Source of the DNA: Chiloscyllium plagiosum
Lineage: Eukaryota
Reading direction: 5' to 3'
Assembly (NCBI RefSeq): GCF_004010195.1
Contig: NC_057720.1
Location: 4,325,800-4,389,799 of the forward strand
Length of the DNA: 64,000 nucleotides
Part shown: piece by piece, positions 38,701 through 50,700 of the stretch
Layout: each line of letters begins with the position of its first letter
How positions within the stretch are numbered: the first letter of the stretch is position 1
Made by a program: the position numbers and the translations under genes
Notes under the pieces: generated by a model
The model's database searches: none
What the model was told of the DNA's origin: nothing
The model's input: only the letters and a program-made list of their open reading frames with translations

Positions 38701-41700
38701 CTTTACTACCTTCACTAAGGCCACTGGCTTAGCTTTTTTTTTAGATTACATTACAGTGTGGAAACAGGCCCTTCGGCCCAACAAGGCCACACCTACCCGC
38801 CGAAGCGAACCCACCCATACCCCTACATTTACCCCTTACCTAACACTACGGGCAATTTAGCATGGCCAATTCACCTTACCTGCACATCTTTGGACTGTGG
38901 GAGGAAACCTTTACCCACAATGCCTTTCTTTAACAACCACACTGTGTTTTTATGTGTCCCACTTTACCCCAGTGTAAACACCTGAGGCCTTTCACCTCCT
39001 GCCCACCCACTTGGGCTTCTTTTTTATCCTGTGGTAAATTCTTACCAGTGTTCTCTACTCTTGGTTTGGCAGTGCAGGATCTCCCTTTCTCCCAACTTTT
39101 ATCCCTCACAGAATGAAATTCTGGCCGGAAGCTTGTCTTACACAACAGCATGTATTCATCTGCTAGTTCTGCTGTCCTTCTCACTTCCTGAACTTTCTAA
39201 ACTCCTCCAGCAGAATAATCTCTAGTCGAGCCTCAAAGGTCGTATCTATCATTAAAGCGCACACCATCGATCAAAATGGCTATGTTTAATTCTTTCAAAT
39301 TCAACATAAGTCTGACATTGTTCCTTCCTTGTGTTTCTGAACTGCTGTCTATATGCTTCTGGTACCAATTCATAAATGCTTAAAATAGTCTGTTTAACCT
39401 CTTCATAATCTCTTGACCCCTCATCTGACAGCACGGCTAATACCTCATTAGCTCTACCTAGCAGTTTAGTCTGAACTAGCATTACCCATAAATTGTCAGA
39501 CCACTCCATCTGCCTGTCCAATTTTTCAAATGAAATAAAGAAGAGTTCAACAACTTTCTCATCAAAATGTGGCAGAGTTTTAACATAGTTGTATATATCA
39601 CACCTTCTCTTTTAAACTCCATCCTGTTAACTTGACTTGGCTGACTAAGTCGCAATTTCTCAAGTTCAAATTCTCTCTCTTTTTGCTCAACTTAGAACTT
39701 TCTCTCTCTTTTTTCTCTCTCCCTCTTTCTTTCCTCTCTCTCTCTCTCTCTTTGTTTATCTTCTAACTCCATTTTCCTCATTGTAATTTAGGTTTTTCTA
39801 CTCACTTGTCTGTTTCACTGACACACTTAAGTGTTTGACTAATTCCCTTACAATTTCAGCTTTACTTTTGTCCTTGGTTAAACCCAAATCTAATTTCTTT
39901 GCTTATTCTAAAAGTATGGCCTTTTTCTTTCCTTCTAAACTTTCTTGGCAAATTTGAGAACCATCTTCAAATCCTAGAATTTTTTTCGCAATTTTAAGAG
40001 CCATTTCTCTCACTTTTAATTTAATCAACCACGAGTCACTGAAACTAAACAAATTGCCTCACTTATGTTTTATTTAAAGATCTAGGACACTAACCTGTAA
40101 GTGTTTAAATCTGTTGGAATTTTTCATACCCCCAAATCTTTTCGAATTTGTCTAAAACAGTTCAAATCCTGACGATGAGTCCCAAAACTATTACGACATG
40201 AGGTAAATACTCCTGCTTAATTTAAACCAGCAACACAGAAAAAATTTAACCCATGCATTAATCTGTGAAATTGGAGAGGCCAAGAACTATTGAAAATAAA
40301 AATTAACAACTTTATTTCTTAAAGTATAACAGAGAATAATTAGCTAACAACTACTTACAACTCCTTCCTCTAACCTATCTTTTACTTTCCCCTCTGCAAT
40401 ACTAGTCCGATAAAAATCCCGATTAAGATTTATAAAACAAAATTTCTTAACTCAAAACCAGGCAGCTTTCGGTTCTACTCTGTATTCCTGTCTTCTTTTC
40501 TTCTTCTTGGGGATTCTGCTTCACAGGTCACTGATCGATAAAGGTACCTTTAAGAGAGATTTTTTCAGACAGTCTTTACATGCTGGTGACTTGGCAATTC
40601 TCCTCCAAACTGTTCCATTTTCCCCAGTCTGAAACCACCCCACCCCCCACCCTCCCCAAAGCATAGCATTGTCTTTGGCTTTTAAGATTGTCAATATACT
40701 AAATTCAAACTTGATTGGAATTTGGTATTTTTGGGGGTATAATTTAAACCAATTGGCCTAATTCAAATCTGTTTTTTTATCTCCAGGCAACCAGCTACCC
40801 TAGCGTTCGACCCAGTGTTAAACTGATACCTTATTCAGAATACTTGGTGCTGTCAGGTAGTTAGCTAGCTTTTAACTCTCTTAAAGGTACAGTGCACCCA
40901 CATCTTCATAACAAACTGGAAATTCTGGTCCAGAGATAGAGATGCTTGAGGTGCATTACAAGACTGTCTGGTGCGGAAGGTAAACACTGATAAAGGAAAT
41001 TATGGTGGAAGGAAAATGCATGTGGTAATGGGACAATAAAGAAATAAAAGATGGGTCCAATGGAGGCATCAATAACATCATTGAATCTCTACAGCATGGC
41101 AGCAGGCCATTCAGACCACATAGCTACCCTGACCCTCCAAAGAGAACCCCCCCAGTGACACCTCCCCCTTCCATTTCCCATGAGTCAACCACCTAGCCTG
41201 CACACTGTGGGCAAGTTAACATGGCCAATCACATCTGCACATCGTTGGACTGTGGGAGGAAACCCGCACAGACACAGAGAGAATGTACAACCCTGGCGCT
41301 GTGAGGTAGCAGTGCTAACAACTGAGCCACCCCTCAGAATCATTACAATGCAGAAGGTGGCCATTCAGCCCATCATGTCTGCACTAGATCTCTGTACATT
41401 TTAACATAGTGCCAATGTCCTGCATTTTCCCCATAACTCCTGCACATGGTTTCTGTATAAACAGGACTGAGACTGACCGACAATGCTAATGGCTCAATAT
41501 TTTAACTAAAGTTTTGGAGAATTACTACTACTGCATTTTTTTTTTCACTCGGCATAACATTATTTTTCAGTTCCCAGATTGGAAATCTTTGCCTGAAAAA
41601 GTCCCTCTGGCTTCAGCATACCTGAAACTGTTTGACCAAGAGATAGCCTTTGTGGAATTCAAAAGGAATGACATTGAGAAAGCCATTCAAGTAAGGGTGA

Positions 41701-44700
41701 ATCACGTCAAATTTACAAGTTGTGAAGGTAGGATTGCATTCGCCTGAGCTGCTCTGAGGGTAATTTTTCTGGGCGAAAGTGAGGACTGCAGATGCTGGAG
41801 ATTAGAGTCGAGAGTGTGGTGCTGGAAAATCACAGCAGGTTTGGCAGCATCCGAGGAGCAGGAAAATCAATGTTTCAGGCAAAAGCCCTTCATCAGGAAT
41901 GAGGCTGGGAGCCTTGGGGTGGAGAGATAAATGGGAGGGGGGTGGGGCCTGGGAGAAGGTAGCAGAGTACAACAGGTGGATGGAGGTGGGGGTAAAGGTG
42001 ATAGGTCGGAGGGGAGGGTGGAGCAGATAGGTGGGAAGAAAGATTGACAGGTGGGACAGGTCATGAGGATGGTGCTGAGCTGGAAGATTGGAACTTGGAT
42101 AAGGTGGGGGGAGGGGAAATGAGGAAAGTGGGTGAAATCCACATTAATGCCCTGCGGTTGGAGGGTCCTGAGACAGAAGATGAGGCGTTCTTCCTTCAGG
42201 CGTCGGGTGGTTTGGGAGTGGTGGAGGAGGAGGCCCAGGACCTGTATGTCCTTGGTGGAGTGGGAGGAGGAGTTGAAGTGTTTGGCCACGAGGTGGTGGA
42301 GTTGGTTGGTGGGGGTGTCTGAGGTAATGCTTCTGGGCAGGTACCAGTCACATGAAAGGCTTTACTTCTTTTCTCAGTCAGTCACTGATGCCCATGGGAA
42401 ACACAGCACGTTGGCGAAGCTGGTATCACGACTGGAGAATCCAGTTGAGTTGCACCCTGCAGCAGCCTTAATGAGCGCCGAGCTGAGGCAGTTTGTCCCC
42501 ACTTGTGTGGGTCTGGCCACGGAACTCTCCTTCATTACAGCGGCAGCAGCAAGAGCCAATATCAACGGTAAGGCCTTCCCAGTGATTTCCTTTCTTCCAC
42601 AGGCACACGAGGAAAGACTGGATGGACTGGGCTTGTACTCGTTAGAATTTAGAAGAATTGGGGGAGGGTCTCATAGAAACATATACAATCCTGATGGGAC
42701 TGGACATCAGATGTGGGAAGAATGTTCCCAATGTTGGGGAAGTCCAGAACTAGTGGTCACAATTTAAGAATAAGGGGTGAACCATTCAGGACTGAGATGA
42801 GGAAGAATTTCTTCACTCAGAGAGTTGTGAACCTGTGGAATTGTCTCCCACAGGAAGATGTTGGGGGCCAGTTCATTAGATATATTCTAGCGGAAGCTGG
42901 ACATGCCCTTGTGGCTAAAGGGTTCAAAGAGTATGGGCGAGGGCAAGAATGGGATATTGAGATTGCATGATCAGCCATGATTGTATTGAATGGTGGAGCA
43001 GGCTTGAAGGGCTGAACAGCCTACTCCTGCACCGATTTTCTATGTTTCTGAAGTGTTTTGACGGTGTGCATTCAGCTTAATCTTTCTGGGCAAGTAGACA
43101 ACTCACCAATCGCTCCACAGTGGCGTTGAAGCTGTATTACTGGCCTAGTAATCCATTGGGCTCATTGTAGAGGTGATGGCCTAGTGGTATTATCATTGAG
43201 CTGTTAATGCAGAAACTCAGTTGAAGACTTGCATTTGAATCCTGCCATGGCAACTGATGGAATGTAAATCCAATTTTTAAAAAAATCTGGGATTAAGTCT
43301 TGTGAGTGACTGGCCTTGACATCAAGGCAGTTCAAGTGTGGAATGGTGGAGCACTGGGAAAATTGAAGCCACTGGGTTTCACCTGGATATATCTCCACCA
43401 GCTGAAATCATACTTAGCACAAAGAATAATGGGTCTGATTGTTGGAGATGAATCACTCAGTGGTTAGCACTGCTGCCTCATAACCCCAGGGACCTGGGTT
43501 CAATTCCATCCTCGGGTGACTGCGTGGAGTTTGCACATTCTCCCCATATCTGCATGGGTTTGCTCTGGTTTCCTCCCACAGTCCAAAGATGTGCAGGTTG
43601 TGTGAATTGGCCATGCTAAATTGTCCATAGTGTTCAGGGATGTGAGGTTAGGTGTATTAGTCAGGGGAAATGTAGAGTAATAGGGTAGGGGAATGGGTCT
43701 GGGTGGGATACTCTTCAGAGGGTTGGTTTAGATTTGTTGGGCCGAAGGGTCTGTTTCCACACTGTACAGATTCTATGATCTCTTAAGGGTAAAATGCTTT
43801 TCCCACTACCTACAGCTGTTGTTTTTAAACTCAATCATCGGATATGGGTATCATTAGCTAGACCACCATTTATCGCCTATCCCAAGTCAACCACATTGTT
43901 GTGGGTCTGGAGTCACAAGTAGACCACAGTGAGTAAAGATGGCAGTTTCCTTCCCTGAAGAGCATTAGTAAACCAGTTATGATCTCCCCCAGCAACAATT
44001 ATCATTAGACTCTTAATTCCAGAATTTCTTTTAAATTGAATTCAATTTCCACCATCTGCTACAGTGGGATTTGAACCCAGATCCATAGAACATTACTTAG
44101 GTCTCTAGATTAATAGCCTAGTGATGACACCATGACACCATCACATGCCACATTATAATGAATGCTGTCATCACCAACCTATTTCTGAGGATGCAATACA
44201 TTCATTGATGATGATGATGCGATGTTAAGTACCATTCACAACCCCTCAGGTACTGAGGCACTACGTATCTGCACACAGCAAGATCTGGGAAATGTCCAAG
44301 CTTTGGTTGATAAATAACAAGTAACATTTGCCTCACACAATTGCCAGACAATGATTACCTACAACAACATTAAAATTAAAATTCTAACAGGACTCAACAG
44401 GGTAAACACAGGAAGGATATACCTGATGACAAGGAAGTACACAAACAGAAGTTACAGCTTAAGGATAGGGGTAGGCCATTTTGGACTGAAATGAGGAGAA
44501 ATCTCCTCACCCAGAGAATGCAGGCGCCTGTGGAATTCTCCACCACAGAATGTGGTCGAGGCCAAAACATTGAATGCTTTCAAGAAAGAGGATTGATGAC
44601 GGCAGAGTGGTAGATGTGGTCTATATGGACTTCAGTAAGGTCTTCGACAAGGTTCCCCATGGGACACTAGTTAGCAAGGTTAGATTTCATGGAATATAGG

Positions 44701-47700
44701 GAGAATATAGGCGGCACGGTGGTACAGTGGTTAGCACTGCTGCCTCACAGCACCAGAGACCCAGGTTCAATTCCTGCCTCAGGCAACTGTCTGTGTGGAG
44801 TTTGCGCGTTCTCCCTGTGTCTGTGTGGGTTTCCCCCCACAGTCCAAAGGTGTGTAGGTTAGGTGAATTTTGGATTAGTGGTGCTGGAAGAGTGCAGCAT
44901 CTGAGGAGCAGCAAAATCGACGTTTCGGGCAAAAGCTGAAGCCAAACACCAACTCGAGTACACCTCTTCCTACTGCCCCCTCGACCATGACCCCAACACC
45001 AAATCATCATCTCCCAGACCATACAGAACCTCATCACCTCAGGAGATCTCCCACCCACAGCTTCCAACCTCATAGTCCGGGAACCCCGCACTGACCAGTT
45101 CTACCTCCTTCCCAAGATCCACAGGCCTGACCACCCTGGCTGACCCATTGCCTCAGCATGCTCCTGCCCCACTGAACTCATCTCTACCTACCTCGACACT
45201 GTCCTATCCCCCCTAGTCCAGGAACTCCCCACATACGTTCGAGACACCACCCACGCCCTCCACCACTTCCAAGACTTCCATTTCCCTGGCCCCCAACGCC
45301 TCATCTTCACCATGGATATCCAATCCCTCTATACCTCCATCCGCCATGACCAGGGCCTCCAAGCCCTCTGTTTCTTCCTCCCCCAACGTCCCCAACAGTA
45401 CCCTTCCACCGACACTCTCATTCGCTTGGCCAAACTGGTCCTCACCCTTAACAATTTCTCCTTTGAATCCTCCCACTTCCTCCAGACCAAAGGGGTAGCC
45501 ATGGGCACACGTATGGGCCCCAGCTATGCCTGTCTCTTTGTTGGCTACGTAGAGCAGTTGATCTTCCGTAATTACCCCGGCACCACTCCCCACCTCTTCC
45601 TCCGCTACATTGATGACTGCATTGGCGCCACCTCGTACTCCCGCGAGGAGGTTGAGCAAGTCATCAACTTCACCAACACATTCCATCCTGACCTTAAATT
45701 TACCTGGACTATCTCTTACACCTCCCTCCCCTTCCTGGACCTCTCCATCTCCATTAATGACGACCGACTTGACACTGACATTTTTTACAAACCCACCGAC
45801 TCCCACAGCTACCTGGATTACACCNNNNNNNNNNNNNNNNNNNNNNNNNNNNNNNNNNNNNNNNNNNNNNNNNNNNNNNNNNNNNNNNNNNNNNNNNNNN
45901 NNNNNNNNNNNNNNNNNNNNNNNNNNNNNNNNNNNNNNNNNNNNNNNNNNNNNNNNNNNNNNNNNNNNNNNNNNNNNNNNNNNNNNNNNNNNNNNNNNNN
46001 NNNNNNNNNNNNNNNNNNNNNNNNNNNNNNNNNNNNNNNNNNNNNNNNNNNNNNNNNNNNNNNNNNNNNNNNNNNNNNNNNNNNNNNNNNNNNNNNNNNN
46101 NNNNNNNNNNNNNNNNNNNNNNNNNNNNNNNNNNNNNNNNNNNNNNNNNNNNNNNNNNNNNNNNNNNNNNNNNNNNNNNNNNNNNNNNNNNNNNNNNNNN
46201 NNNNNNNNNNNNNNNNNNNNNNNNNNNNNNNNNNNNNNNNNNNNNNNNNNNNNNNNNNNNNNNNNNNNNNNNNNNNNNNNNNNNNNNNNNNNNNNNNNNN
46301 NNNNNNNNNNNNNNNNNNNNNNNNNNNNNNNNNNNNNNNNNNNNNNNNNNNNNNNNNNNNNNNNNNNNNNNNNNNNNNNNNNNNNNNNNNNNNNNNNNNN
46401 NNNNNNNNNNNNNNNNNNNNNNNNNNNNNNNNNNNNNNNNNNNNNNNNNNNNNNNNNNNNNNNNNNNNNNNNNNNNNNNNNNNNNNNNNNNNNNNNNNNN
46501 NNNNNNNNNNNNNNNNNNNNNNNNNNNNNNNNNNNNNNNNNNNNNNNNNNNNNNNNNNNNNNNNNNNNNNNNNNNNNNNNNNNNNNNNNNNNNNNNNNNN
46601 CCACTCACCTATTGTACTCCATGCTACTTTCTCCCCACCCCCACCCTCCTCTAGCTTATCTCTCCACGCTTCAGGCTCCCTGCCTTTACTCCTGATGAAG
46701 GGCTTTTGCCCGAAACGTTGATTTTGCTGCTCCCCGGATGCTGCCTGAACTGCTGTGCTCTTCCAGCACCACTAATCCAAAATCTGGTTTCCAGCATCTG
46801 CATTCATTGTTTTTACCTAGGTTAGGTGAATTGTCCATGCTAAAATTGCCTGTAGTGATAGGTGAAGGGGTAAATGTAGGGGAATGGGTCTGGGTGGGTT
46901 GCTCTTCGGAGGGTCGGTGTGGACTTGTTGGGCCGAAGAGCCTGTTTCCACACTGTAAGTAATCTAAAAAAAACTGGCCATTTGGATACAGAACTGGCTC
47001 AAAGGTAGAAGACTGAGGGTGGTGGTGGAGGGTTGTTTTTCAGACTGGAGGCCTGTGACCTGTGGACTGCTACAAGGATTGGTGCTGGGCCTTCTACTTT
47101 TCCTCATTTACATAAATGATTTGGATGTGAGCATAAGAGGTATAGTTAGCAAGTTTGTAGATGATACCAAAATTGGAGGTGTAGTGGACAGCGAAGAAGG
47201 TTACCTCAGATTATAATGGGATCTTGTTTAGATGGGCCAATGGGCTGAGAAGTGGCAGATGGAGTTTAATTTAGATAAATCTGAGGTGCTGCATTTTGGG
47301 AAAGCAAACCTTAGCAGGACTTATACACTTAATGGGAAGGTCCTGAGGAGAGTTGCTGAACCAAAGGACTTTGGAGTGCAGGTTCATAGCTCCTTGAATG
47401 TGGAGCCGCAGGTAGATAGGATTGTGAAGAAGGTGTTTGGTATGCTTTCCTTTATTGGTCAGAGTATTGAGTACAGGAGTTGGGAGGTCATGTTGCAGCT
47501 GTACAGGATGTTAGTTAGGCCACTGTTGGAATATTGCGTGCAATTCTGGTCTCCTTCCTATTAGAAAGATGTTGTGAAACTTGAAATGGTTCAGAAAAGA
47601 TTTACAAGCATGTTGCCAGGGTTGGAGGATTTGAGCTGTAGGGAGAGGTTGACTAGGCTAGGGCTGTTTTCCCTGCAGCGTCGAAGGCTGAGGGGTGAAC

Positions 47701-50700
47701 TTACAGAGGTTTATAAACTCATGGGGGACCATGGATAGGCTAAATTGACAAAGTCTCTTCCCTGGGGTGAGCGAGTCCAGAACTAGAGGGCATAGGTTTA
47801 GGGTGAGAGGGGAAAGATATAAAAGAGACCTGAGAGGCAACGTTTTCATGCAGAGGGTGGTACATGTATGGAATGAACTGGCAGAGGAAGTGGTGGAAGC
47901 TAGTACCACTGTAACATTTAAAAGGCATCTGGATGTGAATATGAATAGGAAGGGTTTGGAGGGATATGGGTCTGGTACTGGTAGGTGGGATTAGACTGCG
48001 TTGAGATATCTAGTCAGCATGGACGAGTTGGACCAAAGGGTCTGTTTTCGTACTTTACATCTCTATGACTCTATGACTCTAAGGAGTTGGATATTGTTCT
48101 TAGGACTAAAGAGATCAAAGGGTAAGAAAGAAAATGCAGGAATAGGAGATTGAGTTGGATGATCAGTCAGGATCGTATTGAATGGTAGAACAGCCTCAAA
48201 GGGCTGAATGGCCTATTCCTGCTCCTATTTTCTCTGTCACTATTTAATAAGAGAAGAGTTTAATTCTATACTCTTAACAGTCAACATCATTATCATTGCT
48301 GAATCTCACACCACCAATATTTTTTGGATGCTGGAAGGGGGAAGATTGTCCTTGGACAGAAAGCTAACTGGACCAGGCATATGAATACTGAGTGAAAACA
48401 GGTCAGAGACTGGGAAGTCTACAGTGAGTAACCAACCTCTTAACTCTCTGAATTGGCAAGGTGGCTTAATGGTTAGTGCTGCTGCCTTACAAGTACCAGG
48501 GACCTGGGTTCAATCTCAGCCTCGGGCAACTGTATGTTTGGTGTTTGCACGTGATCCCTGTCTCTGTGTGGATTCCCCTCCAGGTGCTCTGGTTTCCTTC
48601 CACAGTCCAAAGATGTGCAGGTTTGGTTGATTGTCCATGGGAAATTGTCCCATAATGTGCAGATTAGCCATGGTAACTGCAGGATTATTGGTACAGGATA
48701 GGTGTCTGGTGGGATGCTCTGTGGAGGGTTGGTGCAGTACTCAATGGGTGAAATGAACTCTTTCTGCACTGTAGGGTTTCTATGATTCTCCAATATCTAT
48801 CTACAAAGTGCAAGTCAGGAGAGTAATGGAATATCCTCCAATTATTGCAAGTTGCCACAGGCTCAGAATACCATAGACACATCTCTCATTAGGCAGAGAG
48901 GCGCACAATTGGTGGTGAGTTTATACCAAAAATCAGCACAGTTCAGGTTGAGAAGATGGGGTCTTCGTGGTGACTGGGAAACGTACCCTCCCTAGCTGGC
49001 TGAGCTAACCAACTCCAACGTGATGATCCTGTTCAATGGTGAAGCCAGCTTGAGGGGACAACTGACCTCTCCCACCTTTGTTTTCTTATATTCTAAAGGA
49101 TGTGATTTGTTTTAAATAGAAACATGAGTGAAATCACGAGCAAACAATGTAATTATGACTGACATTTCTCACTCCCTTTCTCAAACAGTTGATGCGCGTA
49201 TCCCTTCCTCCATCTCATCCTTTTCTCAATTGCTCAATGCTGATATTCAGCTGAACGTCCAGCTGAACCCAAGGTAGGCTTTTCAAACCTTCTCTCCAAG
49301 GTGATCTTAGATTTCAAAGCTTTAACATTATGCATTTTACTTTAAGAATTATTATTCACCAAAGTGATCTTATACCTTATAGCCATTGTTTCCAGCGCTG
49401 GTCCAATTTACTGTTTCTCTGTTTGCTCTCAGTGTGGCTGTACATAGTAAAGCCATCATGGGAATAAATACTCCCTTCATCCAGTCTGGTTTAGAACTTG
49501 ATGCAAAACTCCATTCCGCGTTTTCTGTGGACGTAACAGTGAATGTGAACATAAAAGAAAGAAATTTGAAAATTGACACTGCAGCAGTTGAACAAGAAAA
49601 TGAAATCATGTCTTTCAGGTAATGAATGCTGCATTTATTTTTCTCTAATTATCTTCCATTCCTCCGCTAGGGAGGGAAGTTGTGTCTCAACTGAGGATGC
49701 AGAGGGAGATTTGTGTTGCTATACAACAGCTAGAAGCTCTAGGGTGAAGGGTGTGGAGCTAGAAGCCCTAAGGTGAGGGGTGCACAGCTAGAAGCCCTAG
49801 GGTGAAGGGTGTACAGCTAGAAGCCCTAGGGTGAGGGGTGTACAGCTAGAAGCCCTAGGGTGAAGGGTGCACAGGTCAATTAATTTTAAAATCTCATCCA
49901 TCTTTTCCAATTCCTCTATGATCTCACTCCCTACTATCTCTAACCTCTTCCAAACCACCACCTTCAGAGATCTCTGTGCTCATCCAACTCCTGTTGCTCT
50001 CCCATTGGTGGATTTGCCTGCAGCTATTGAGGTCCTAACTTCTGGAATTCCCTCCCTTGGGCAGAATTTAATGCCCTCCCTTCATAGCGAATTTGAAGGT
50101 GAATGGGGCATTATCTGGTCTCAAGGATTTTGGGTGGGGACCCTGCTGTGCTCTTGTCTAACGTCTATGGTGATTAGCCTGAGGCACACCTGCCCATCCT
50201 GATGCTGAGTGAGACACTCAGATGGGCACACGATGACCACGATCGCCCTGCTGCTATCCACCCAGCAGAAAGCTGGAAACATGGACCCCATTGGGGTTGC
50301 AAGTGGGCGTCCAGTGCAAATCTTCTTTTGGAAGGTGCCAACATTGTAACGGTGCAGTGGCACCTGGTGGCCAACCTCTCTGACCCTTTTTTCCAATCCT
50401 CCATCTCTCTGTCCAGGGGTCTGCCCCCGTGAATCCCTCTCCTGCCATCACTCACCTGTGCTGGGGTTCCTATATGACCCTGAGCCTCAAGTGGGTGCAT
50501 TACTGGCAGCAGCCACCACTCCCCTGCTGGCGCTGCTGAGCAATGAAGAACTGCTGGCCACCAGTTGGTCAACAGAAACCAAAAGAGAAAATGCTGGAAA
50601 ATCTCAGCAGGTCTGGCAGCATCTGCAAGGAGAGAAAAGAGCTGACGTTTCGAGTCTAACTGACCCTTTGTCAAAACTTTGACAAAGGGTCAGTTACACT

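Larger units (their letters stand above)
33891..40913 (-). mobile_element. full-length decayed Gmr1-like Ty3/Gypsy LTR retrotransposon
   Basis: LTRs 33891-34908 and 40189-40913; 4-bp TSD aact; PPT aggtgggagg; tRNA-Pro-like PBS; order gag, PR, INT (37227-38115), RT (36050-36650), RNase H. Confidence 0.93.
44709..46970 (+). mobile_element. V-SINE split by a PLE
   Basis: 5' half 44709-44869, 3' half 46818-46970. Confidence 0.9.
44590..48080 (+). mobile_element. CR1 LINE 3' region, split by a SINE and a PLE
   Basis: [13 protein letters not shown] at ~44620 continues at ~46972 (WIQNWL...KFVDDTK...[10 protein letters not shown]); (CTCTATGA)n tail. Confidence 0.9.

Noticed and set aside
42568..42602. 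strong-looking acceptor (tttcctttcttccacag) 35 nt after a donor
   Set aside because: The intron would be too short to splice and the downstream sequence is CR1; at most a cryptic site.
45213..46721. long ORFs of 284-469 aa
   Set aside because: Lengths are inflated by the N gap; only the + frame from 45312 is real PLE RT.
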